Shown one piece after another: positions 1-11,100 of a stretch of DNA of 64,000 nucleotides. The stretch's first letter is position 1, and the number at the start of each line of letters is the position of its first letter. The position numbers and the translations under genes are program-made. This stretch comes from an uncultured virus (IMG/VR IMGVR_UViG_3300025853_000059) (lineage: Duplodnaviria > Heunggongvirae > Uroviricota > Caudoviricetes): IMG/VR virus record IMGVR_UViG_3300025853_000059. One strand, given 5' to 3'. The notes under the pieces are model-generated. The model was not told where the DNA came from. It ran no database searches and worked only from the letters and a program-made list of their open reading frames with translations.

Positions 1-882
1 TTTATCAAAATAATTAAGATAAACAGGTAAATTATATAATAATTGAGGTATTTGATATGATAATGCTTCACGAATAACTAAAGGCATTGTTTCTTTATCA
101 TTAGCTGTACCACGAGAAGTAAATAAAAATAAATCCATCGCCTGATAGAATTTATCTACATCAGTACGTTCATTCCACCAGGTTAAATTATTGGGTTTTT
201 CTTTCATTAAGGGCTCCCAATAAAATTTAAAATTATCTGCTTGGTTTCCTAAACAATGAAATTCATAGTCAGGTAATGCTTTAGCATATTCAAAAAATTC
301 CTTTTGATTTTTACGAGGTGTAAATAAACCAACGTGTAAAATATGTTTTTTATCTGGGTTTAACCCTAATTCTTCTAGTGCTTTAGTTCTATCTGGGCGA
401 TCAACATATTCAATAGGATATTCAACTAATATTTGGGGAATATCTACATCTTTATATTGGTTAATTTGCCATTGTGAGACGAACATAAATTTATCTGGGA
501 AGAATATTTTTTGAGAAGTATCAAATGATGAATCGTGTGAAGTTTCTACAATAAAATAATCACGATTAGGATTATATAATTTTTGAGCAACATCAGCATC
601 CATAAAGAATTCCGGAATTTCCTCTAAATGAACAATATCCGGTTTTACTTTATCAATAATATCTAATAATTCAAATTTGTTTTCTTCTAAAGTATAAAAT
701 TTATCAGAATCGATTAGATTTACAAGTTTATTTCTTGTAACTACTAAAACACCTCCAGTACAATCCACCCATTCAACAAGATAAATTTCAAAATCTTGTT
801 TAAGTAATTCTACTTTTTTAACTAAATATTGAGGTAAACCTCCTGTTGATAAATGTGGGGCTACATAAAGCAGTTTTTTCAT
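1..882 (-). CDS. GT-B (GT4-like) glycosyltransferase, truncated at window start; absent from ORF track
   Basis: Manual translation from ATG at 882: MKKLLYVAPHLSTGGLPQY...HVGLFTPRKNQ...FYQAMDLFLFTS...ETMPLVIREA, typical GT4 motifs; frame appears open to base 1. Confidence 0.85.
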   Translation of the reverse strand, partial: MKKLLYVAPHLSTGGLPQYLVKKVELLKQDFEIYLVEWVDCTGGVLVVTRNKLVNLIDSDKFYTLEENKFELLDIIDKVKPDIVHLEEIPEFFMDADVAQKLYNPNRDYFIVETSHDSSFDTSQKIFFPDKFMFVSQWQINQYKDVDIPQILVEYPIEYVDRPDRTKALEELGLNPDKKHILHVGLFTPRKNQKEFFEYAKALPDYEFHCLGNQADNFKFYWEPLMKEKPNNLTWWNERTDVDKFYQAMDLFLFTSRGTANDKETMPLVIREALSYQIPQLLYNLPVYLNYFDK

Positions 883-901
883 ATAACTCAATTAAGTTTT
901 T

Positions 902-933
902 ATAATATAACATTTATTTTTTAGTAAACCAAG
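902..933 (-). promoter_or_regulatory. Candidate host-type promoter (CTTG-N20-TATATTAT) upstream of glycosyltransferase
   Basis: Same spacing as the elements at 33417, 51825 and 55063; resembles Bacteroidota -33/-7 consensus TTTG..TAnnTTTG. Confidence 0.4.
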
Positions 934-1158
934 TTAAGGTTCAACCCAAATAAAATCTCCTTCACTAAGAGTACTTGTAATATCCCCCCAATCTATAGTA
1001 ATATAATCTTCATTTAAATTAATTACTAATAACTCAAATCCGGTTAAATTCCCATCTATATATTGTTGAATATGAGAACCATTATACCCCCAAATATCAC
1101 TATCATCTTCTTCAAAATGAATTTTATACCCGTTATTTAAATTTGTTAAAACTCCCAT
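934..1158 (-). CDS. Small acidic hypothetical protein (74 aa)
   Basis: ATG-started ORF 2 nt downstream of the LamG gene, same strand. Confidence 0.65.
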   Translation of the reverse strand: MGVLTNLNNGYKIHFEEDDSDIWGYNGSHIQQYIDGNLTGFELLVINLNEDYITIDWGDITSTLSEGDFIWVEP

Positions 1159-1160
1159 AA

Positions 1161-2120
1161 TTAAAGTCCGTAATAAGCCTTTGTATTATCTTTTAAGGTT
1201 TGTAATGTAGCTGAGGGTTGTGATTGATTAAACACATACCAACCACCAAAAATACCATCGAACCATCTATTACCATTTGCTCCTCCTCCTACCATCCAGG
1301 TCACATCATCATAAAATAAGTTACCCCCTGTACCTGAAATAAAAGTAGCTCCTGATTGCCACCCATTAGGTACGTTCCAAACATAGAAATAATTATTTGT
1401 AGAGTTTATAGTAGTACTATTATAAACACCTTGCCATACAATAAAGTTCCATTCATTTTGAGCTACGGTTCCTGATGATTCGAATGTACGTCTATCTGAA
1501 GAAGCAGTCCCGGTTCCATCTCCTTTAATACATCTCATTTTAAATGCAGTTGTAATATCTAACCTATAACCTTTAAATGCTGGAATTGCATAAGTTTCTA
1601 AATTATTTCCTACAACTGTAGTTTGACCTGATGCATTATCTCTAGGATGAATCCAACCACACATTACCATAACCCCAGAAGCACCTTGTTTATAAGCTTG
1701 ACCTGAAGAAACTCCATCAAAAAACCCATAATTATTAGATCTACCACTACTACCTGGGTAATCCCAAGTACCAGATGGGAAGCCTGGGCTTCCATTAATA
1801 TTATTATAAGCAATACCTGCTCCATCTACGCCAAAAAAGCTAGGATTTAAATCATTATACGTTTCATAATCACCCCAAACAGGAGGGGAAAATCGAAATT
1901 TCATAGCGTCATGATCATAACTTTTCCAATAACTCATTTTAACCATAGTGCCAGGACCCCCAGCAACAGCAAATGAGGCAGTACCTGAGTAATCATTATG
2001 GCCATATTGGCATTGACCTAAGGAGTAACCATTACTAGCGACACCTTTACCCATTTCATTATAAAGGCCATTAGTTAAAACGCTTCCTCTTAAATATAAA
2101 TTAGTTGTACTTAAAGGCAT
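1161..2120 (-). CDS. LamG/concanavalin-A-like virion protein, possible fibre-tip adhesin
   Basis: Motifs MCGWIH..., NEWNFIVW, WFDGIFGGWYVFN; TAATG coupling to the fibre gene. Confidence 0.65.
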   Translation of the reverse strand: MPLSTTNLYLRGSVLTNGLYNEMGKGVASNGYSLGQCQYGHNDYSGTASFAVAGGPGTMVKMSYWKSYDHDAMKFRFSPPVWGDYETYNDLNPSFFGVDGAGIAYNNINGSPGFPSGTWDYPGSSGRSNNYGFFDGVSSGQAYKQGASGVMVMCGWIHPRDNASGQTTVVGNNLETYAIPAFKGYRLDITTAFKMRCIKGDGTGTASSDRRTFESSGTVAQNEWNFIVWQGVYNSTTINSTNNYFYVWNVPNGWQSGATFISGTGGNLFYDDVTWMVGGGANGNRWFDGIFGGWYVFNQSQPSATLQTLKDNTKAYYGL

Positions 2121-5100
2121 TACTTGTTATTTACTTTATTATCTAACTCTTTAATAGCTTCAATTAATAATGCTACTAATTTTTCGTATTTAACAGCTTT
2201 GTATCCATTATCTCTAGTTTGTACTAATTCAGGTAATACTTTTTCAATTTCTTGAGCGATTACCCCAATGTCGTGTCCTTCGTATGAAGATTGTTTATCA
2301 TTCCAATCAAACTCGTAACCATTAATTTGATTAACTTTTTCTAATGAGTTTGTAATTGGAGTTACATTATCTTTTAATCTAGCATCTGAAGAATAGAACG
2401 CGATAACATCACCTGTTGCTCTAATTTCACCACTAACTGTTATTACGTTAGTAGTATTATTAACTGTAATAAAGTCAACTGATGATACTTGGGTTGCTGA
2501 ATCAGTTTTAACTAGGTAATCTGGGTGATCTACAAACGCACCACCACTAATACCACTAGTACCATTAATACTTGTACCTGAAGTACCTGGGACACCGGAT
2601 GTTCCTGAAGTACCATTAACACCTGAGGTACCTGCTGCTCCATTTTTACCTGAAGTACCTGAAGCACCATTTGTACCTGAAGTACCATTTTTACCTGAAG
2701 TACCTGCAGCACCATTTACACCTGAAGTTCCTGAAGCACCGTTTGTACCTGAAGTACCATTTTTACCTGAAGTACCTGAACCTCCGTTTTTACCTGCTGT
2801 ACCACCTGAACCGTTAGTACCTGAAGTACCTGATTTACCTGAAGTACCTGAACCACCAGCTATACCTGAAGTACCTGAACCTCCGTCTGTACCTGAACTA
2901 CCTGATGAACCAGAAGTACCTGAAACACCACTTTGAGCATTTACCCCAGAAGTACCTCCTGAACCATTTGTACCTGAAGTACCTGATTTACCTGAAGTAC
3001 CTCCTGCACCATTTTTACCTGCTGTACCACCTGATCCATTTGTACCTGAAGTACTAGCTACTCCTGAAGTACCTCCTGCACCGTTTTTACCTGATGTACC
3101 ACCTGAACCATTTGTACCAGAAGTTCCTGATTTGCCTGAAGTACCCGCAACCCCATCTTTACCTGAAGAACCGGCTGAACCGTTAGTACCTGAAGTACCT
3201 GATTTACCTGAAGTACCTCCAGCTCCGTTTTTACCAGCAGTACCACCTGAACCGTTTGTACCTGAAGTTGAACTTACACCTGAAGTACCTCCTGCACCAT
3301 TTTTACCTGATGTACCACCTGAACCGTTAGTACCTGAGGTACCTGATTCTGCTGAACCTCCACTTGCTCCTGTAATACCTGATGTACCACCTGAACCGTT
3401 AGTACCTGAAGTGCCTGATTTACCTGAAGTACCTCCAGCTCCGTTTTTACCTCCTGTACCAGCTGAACCGTTAGTACCTGAAGTAGAAGCAACACCTGAA
3501 GTACCTGCAGCACCATTTTTACCTGAAGAACCGGCTGAACCGTTTGTACCTGAAGTACTAGCTACTCCTGAAGTACCAGCAGCGCCATTTTTACCTGATG
3601 TACCACCTGAACCGTTAGTACCTGAAGTGCCTGATTTACCTGAAGTACCTGCAGCTCCATTTACACCTGAAGTACCTGATGAACCATTTGTACCTGATAC
3701 GGCTGATTTACCTGAAGTACCTGCAGCTCCATTTACACCTGAAGTACCATTTGAACCTTTTGTTCCTGAAGTAGCAGATTTACCTGAAGTACCTGAACCT
3801 CCGTCTGTACCACTTGTACCAGAAGAACCTGATGTACCTGAAACACCACTTTGAGCATTTGCCCCAGAAGTACCTCCTGAACCGTTAGTACCTGAAGTAC
3901 CTGATTTACCTGAAGTACCACCGGCTCCGTTTTTACCTGATGTACCACCTGATCCATTTGTACCTGAAGTACTAGCTACTCCTGAAGTACCACCTGCACC
4001 ATTTTTACCAGAAGTACCTCCTGAACCGTTAGTACCTGAGGTACCTGATTTACCTGAAGTACCGTTTGCTCCATTTACACCTGAGGTACCTGATGAACCA
4101 TTTGTACCTGATGTTTTGCTTTCTCCTGATAAACCAGCAGCCCCATCTACACCACTTGTACCTGAAGTACCTGATGAACCTGAAGTACCTGATACAGCTG
4201 CTACACCTGAAGTACCTGCTACTCCGTTTTTACCAGAAGTACCTGATGAACCATTTGTACCTGAGGTACTAGCTACTCCTGAAGTACCTCCTGCACCGTT
4301 TTTACCTGATGTACCACCTGAACCGTTTGTACCTGAAGTAGAAGACTTACCAGAAGTACCTGCAGCTCCATTTACACCTGAAGTACCATTTGAACCTTTT
4401 GTACCTGAAGTAGCAGATTTACCTGAAGTACCTGAACCTCCATCAGTACCTGAAGTACCTGATGAACCGCTAGTTCCTGAAACAGCACTTTGAGCGTTTG
4501 AACCTGTGCTACCATTTGTACCTGTAGAACCTGAAGTACCACTTGTGCCAGCTTTACCTGAAGTGCCACCGGCTCCGTTTTTACCTGAAGTACCTGCAGA
4601 ACCGTTTGTACCTGAAGTTGAACTTACACCTGAAGTACCTCCAGCACCATTTTTACCTCCTGTACCTGATGAACCTTGAGTACCTGAAGTGCTAGCTACT
4701 CCTGAAGTACCTGCTACTCCGTCTTTACCAGCAGTACCTGATGTACCATTTGTACCTGAAGTGGAAGATTTACCTGAAGTTCCTGCAGCTCCATTTACAC
4801 CTGAGGTACCATTTGAACCTTTTGTTCCTGAAGTTGCGCTTACACCTGAAGTACCACTACCACCATCTGTACCACTTGTACCTGAACTACCTGAGGTACC
4901 ACTTACTGCACTTTGTGCATTGGAGCCTGTTGAACCGTTAGTACCTGTTGAACCACTTGTTCCTGAAGTACCTGATTTACCACTTGTACCTCCAGCTCCA
5001 TTTTTACCAGCAGTACCTCCTGAACCGTTAGTACCTGAAGTTGAACTTACACCTGAAGTACCTGCAACTCCATTTTTACCCGAGGTACCTGATGAACCTT

Positions 5101-8100
5101 GAGTGCCTGAAGTAGAGCTTACACCTGAAGTTCCTGCAGCTCCATTTATACCGGAAGTACCATTTGTACCTGATGATCCTGATGAACCTGAGGTTTTACT
5201 TAAACCGGATTCTCCAGCTAAACCATCAACTCCAGAAGTACCGCTTGTACCTGAGCTACCAGATGTACCTGAAGTACTAGCTACTCCTGAAGTTCCAGCA
5301 TTTCCATTTTTACCTGAAGTACCTGCTGAACCATTTGTACCTGAAGTGGAAGATTTACCTGAAGTACCTCCAGCACCATTTTTACCTCCTGTACCTGATG
5401 AACCTTGAGTACCTGAAGTGCTAGATTTACCTGATGTGCCACCTGCTCCATCGGTACCACTTGTACCTGATGAACCGCTAGTTCCTGAAACTGCGCTTTG
5501 AGCATTTGAACCTGTACTACCATTTGTACCAGTTGATCCACTAGTACCTGAAGTACCTGCTTTACCTGAGGTACCACCTGCTCCATTTTTACCTCCAGTT
5601 CCTGTAGAACCGTTTGTACCTGAGGTTGAACTAACTCCTGAGGTACCTGCGATTCCATTTACACCTGAGGAACCTGCTGAACCATTTGTACCAGAAGTTC
5701 CTGATTTGCCTGAAGTACCGTTTGCTCCATTTTTACCTGATGTACCTCCTGAACCGTTTGTACCTGAGGTACCTGATTTACCACTTGTACCCGCTGCACC
5801 ATCTTTACCATTAGTACCTGTGGAGCCATTTGTTCCTGAAGTGCTAGATTTACCTGATGTGCCACCTGCTCCATCGGTACCTGAAGTACCTGATGAACCT
5901 GAAGTACCTGATACGGCACTTTGGGCATTAGATCCAGTACTACCATTTGTACCAGTTGAACCTGAAGTACCACTTGTACCGGATTTACCACTTGTACCAC
6001 CTGCTCCATTTTTACCAGCAGTACCTCCTGAACCATTTGTACCTGAAGTTGAACTAACTCCTGAAGTACCTGCGATTCCATTTACACCTGAGGAACCTGC
6101 TGAACCATTAGTTCCTGAAGTACCTGATTTACCTGAAGTACCATGTACACCGTCTTTACCAGATGTACCAGTTGAACCGTTTGTACCTGAGGTACCTGAT
6201 TTACCTGAAGTTCCAGCCGCACCATTTTTACCACTAGTTCCTGCTGAACCATTAGTTCCTGAGGTTGAGCTAACTCCTGAAGTACCACCAGCTCCATCGG
6301 TACCACTTGTACCTGATGAACCACTAGTTCCTGAAACTGCGCTTTGAGCATTTGAGCCGGTTGAACCATTTGTACCAGTTGATCCACTAGTACCTGAAGT
6401 ACCTGCTTTTCCAGAAGTACCTGCAACTCCATCTTTACCAGATGTTCCTGATGAACCTTGAGTACCTGAAGTACTAGATTTACCAGAAGTACCCGCAACC
6501 CCATCTTTACCTGAAGAACCGGCTGAACCGTTAGTACCTGAAGTACCTGATTTACCTGAAGTACCGTTTGCTCCATCTTTACCAGATGTACCTGCTGAAC
6601 CATTAGTGCCTGAGGTACCTGATTTACCACTTGTACCCCCAGCACCATTTTTACCATTAGTACCCGCTGAACCGTTTGTACCTGAAGTTGAACTTAAACC
6701 TGAAGTACCACCTCCTCCATCAGTACCTGAAGTACCTGATGAACCACTAGTTCCTGAAACTGCGCTTTGAGCGTTTGATCCAGTTGAACCATTAGTACCA
6801 GTTGAACCTGAAGTACCTGAAGTACCGGCTTTTCCAGAAGTACCTCCAGCACCATTTTTACCTGAAGTTCCTGCTGAACCCTGAGTACCTGAAGTTGAAC
6901 TCACTCCTGAAGTACCTGCAATTCCATTTACACCTGAAGAACCGGCTGAACCGTTTGTTCCTGATGTACTACTATTTCCTGAAGTACCTGCAGCGCCATT
7001 TTTACCATTAGTACCTGCTGAACCATTAGTTCCGCTTGTACCAGCTTGACCTGAAGTACCATTATTTCCATTTTTACCTGAGGTACCTGATGAACCTTGA
7101 GTACCAGAGGTTGAACTTAAACCTGAAGTACCACCACCTCCATCAGTACCTGAAGTACCTGAGCTACCTGAAGTACCTGATATGGCACTTTGGGCATTTG
7201 ATCCAGTTGAACCATTTGTACCAGTTGACCCACTGGTACCTGAAGTACCGGCTTTACCAGAAGTTCCTGCAGCACCATTTTTACCTGAAGTACCTCCTGA
7301 ACCCTGAGTACCCGAAGTGCTTGATACACCTGAGGTACCAGCTATACCATTTACACCTGAGGAACCGGCTGAACCATTTGTTCCACTAGTACCTGATTTG
7401 CCTGAAGTACCTGCAGCTCCATCTTTACCAGATGTACCAGCTGAACCATTTGTACCTGAAGTAGAAGCAACACCTGAAGTACCTGCAGCACCATTTTTAC
7501 CTGAAGTACCTGATGAACCTTGAGTACCTGAAGTGCTTGATTTACCAGAAGTACCACCAGCCCCGTCAGTACCTGAAGTACCTGAAGATCCACTAGTACC
7601 TGATACGGCACTTTGGGCAGAATCACCTGCTGAACCTGCTGTACCTGTTGATCCACTTGTTCCTGAAGTACCTGCTTTACCTGAAGTACCTCCTGCACCG
7701 TTTTTACCACTAGTACCTGCTGAACCATTAGTTCCTGAAGTGCTTGATACACCTGAAGTACCACCCGCTCCATCAGTACCTGATGAACCTGAACTACCTG
7801 AAGTACCACTTACGGCACTTTGAGCTGAAGCACCTGCTGAACCAGCAGTACCACTTGAACCTGAAGATCCTGAGGTACCACTTGAACCTGATGTTCCGGC
7901 TGTGCCTGAAGTACCTGAAGAACCTGAACTACCTGAAGTTCCACTAGAACCTGAAGTTTTACTTGTTCCAGATGTACCTGCTGTACCAGTAGAACCTGAT
8001 GTACCTGAAGTAGCAGACTTACCAGAAGTACCCGCAACCCCATCTTTACCTGAAGAACCGGCTGAACCGTTAGTACCAGAAGTTGAACTAACTCCTGAAG

Positions 8101-11100
8101 TACCACCTGCTCCGTCAGTACCTGAAGTACCTGAAGATCCACTAGTACCTGATACGGCACTTTGGGCAGAATCACCTGCTGAACCTGCTGTACCAGTAGA
8201 ACCACTAGTACCTGAGGTACCGCTATTTCCTGAAGTACCTCCATTTCCATCTGTACCTGCTGAACCTGCAGAACCTGATGTACCTGAAGTACCTGAACCA
8301 CCATCTGTACCGGAAGTACCTGAACTTCCTGAAGTACCTGAGACTGCACTTTGTGCATTTGCACCGGTTGAACCGTTTGTACCAGTTGAACCAGCAGTAC
8401 CTGAAGTACCTGATTGACCACTTGTGCCTCCTACTCCGTTTTTACCTGAAGTACCTGCTGAACCTTGAGTACCTGAAGTTGAACTAACTCCTGAAGTACC
8501 ACCCGCTCCATCAGTACCTGATGAACCTGAACTACCTGAAGTACCACTTACGGCACTTTGAGCTGAAGCACCTGCTGAACCAGCTGTACCTGAAGAACCT
8601 GAGGAACCTGAAGTACCTGATGAACCTGAAGTACCAGATGAACCTGAAGTTCCTGCTGAACCTGCTGTACCTGAGCTGCCTGAAGAACCTGCTGTACCTG
8701 AGCTGCCTGAAGAACCTGAAGTACCGCTTGAACCTGATGAACTACTATCTCCTGAGGTACCATTAGTTCCTGAAGAACCTGCTGTACCTGAAGTTGAACT
8801 AACTCCTGAAGTACCACCTGCCCCATCAGTACCTGATGTACCTGAGCTACCTGAAGTACCTGATACGGCACTTTGAGCGGAATCACCTGCTGAACCGTTT
8901 GTACCCGTAGAACCAGATGTACCTGAAGTGCCTGATTGACCACTTGTACCTCCTACTCCATTTTTACCTGAAGTACCAGCTGAACCATTTGTACCTGAAG
9001 TGCTTGATACACCTGAAGTACCTCCAGCACCGTCTGTACCTGAACTACCAGATGAACCACTAGTTCCTGAAATAGCACTTTGAGCAGAAGCACCTGCTGA
9101 ACCAGCTGTACCTGAAGAACCTGAGGAACCTGAAGTACCTGATGAACCAGAAGAACCTGATGTTCCGCTTGAACCTGATGTACCTGAAGAACCTGATGAA
9201 CCCGCAGTGCCTGAACTACCGGAAGAACCTGAAGTACCACTTGAACCTGATGAACTACTATCTCCTGAGGTACCATTAGTTCCTGAAGAACCTGCTGTAC
9301 CTGAGGTTGAACTTATACCAGAAGTACCTGAATCTCCATCAGTTCCGGATGAACCTGAAGAACCACTAGTACCACTTACTGCGCTTTGAGCGTTTGAACC
9401 TGTTGAACCATTTGTACCAGTTGAACCACTAGTACCTGATGTACCAGCTTGTCCACTTGTACCCCCAGCACCATCTGTACCAGCAGAACCTGAGGAACCT
9501 GCTGTACCTGAAGTACTAGCTACTCCTGAAGTACCGCCAGCACCGTCAGTACCTGAAGTACCTGAGCTACCTGATGTACCACTTACAGCACTTTGAGCAT
9601 TATCTCCTGCTGAACCAGCTGTACCAGTAGAACCACTAGTACCTGATGTACCACTATTTCCTGAAGTACCCCCATCACCGTCTGTACCAGCAGAACCTGC
9701 TGAACCTGATGTACCTGAAGTACCTGAATCTCCGTCGGTACCTGAAGTACCTGAGGAACCTGAAGTACCTGATACTGCACTTTGGGCTGAATCACCTGCG
9801 CTACCTGCAGTACCAGTACTACCTGAGGTACCAGCAGTACCTGAAGTACCACTAGAACCTGAACTACCTGAAGCACCTGAAGTACCACTACCTCCATCAG
9901 TTCCTGAAGAACCTGAGGAACCTGAAGTACCACTTACTGCGCTTTGAGCTGAGTCACCAGCTGAACCTGCTGTACCTGAAGAACCTGATGTACCAGCAGT
10001 ACCTGAAGTACCACTAGAACCTGAACTACCTGATGTTCCTGATGAACCTGAATCACCATCAGTACCTGAACTACCAGAAGAACCAGAAGTACCTGAAACA
10101 GCACTTTGTGCAGAGTCACCGGCACTACCAGCTGTACCAGAACTACCTGAAGTACCTGATGTACCAGCTTGACCTGATGTACCATTATCTCCATCAGTAC
10201 CAGCAGAACCTGCTGAACCTGATGTACCTGAAGTACCTGAATCTCCGTCGGTACCTGAAGTACCTGAGGAACCTGAAGTACCTGATACTGCACTTTGGGC
10301 TGAATCACCTGCACTACCTGCTGTACCTGAAGATCCAGATGTACCAGCAGTACCTGAAGTACCACTAGAACCTGAACTACCTGAAGCACCTGAAGTACCA
10401 CTATCTCCGTCTGTACCTGAACTACCAGAAGAACCTGAAGTACCTGATACTGCACTTTGGGCTGAATCACCTGCACTACCTGCTGTACCTGAGCTACCTG
10501 AAGTTCCAGCTGTACCTGAGGTACCACTTGAACCAGATGAACCTGAAGTACCTGATGAACCTGAACCACCATCCGTACCTGAAGAACCTGAACTACCTGA
10601 AGTACCACTTACAGCACTTTGAGCATTATCTCCTGTTGAACCATTTGTACCAGTAGAACCTGATGTACCACTTGTACCTGAATTTCCTGAGGTACCTCCA
10701 TTTCCATCTGTACCTGCTGAACCTGCAGAACCTGAAGTACCTGAAGTACCTGAACCTCCGTCGGTACCTGAAGTACCTGATGAACCACTAGTACCTGATA
10801 CGGCACTTTGAGCAGAGTCACCAGCGCTACCTGCAGTACCTGTTGAACCACTAGTACCTGCAGTACCTGAAGTACCACTAGAACCAGATGAACCTGAAGC
10901 ACCTGAAGTACCACTACCTCCATCTGTACCAGATGAACCTGAACTTCCTGAAGTACCTGAAACAGCACTTTGAGCTGAATCACCTGCTGAACCAGCTGTA
11001 CCTGAGCTACCTGAAGTTCCAGCTGTACCTGAGGTACCACTTGAACCAGATGAACCTGAAGTACCTGAACTACCTGAACCTCCATCGGTACCTGAGGTAC

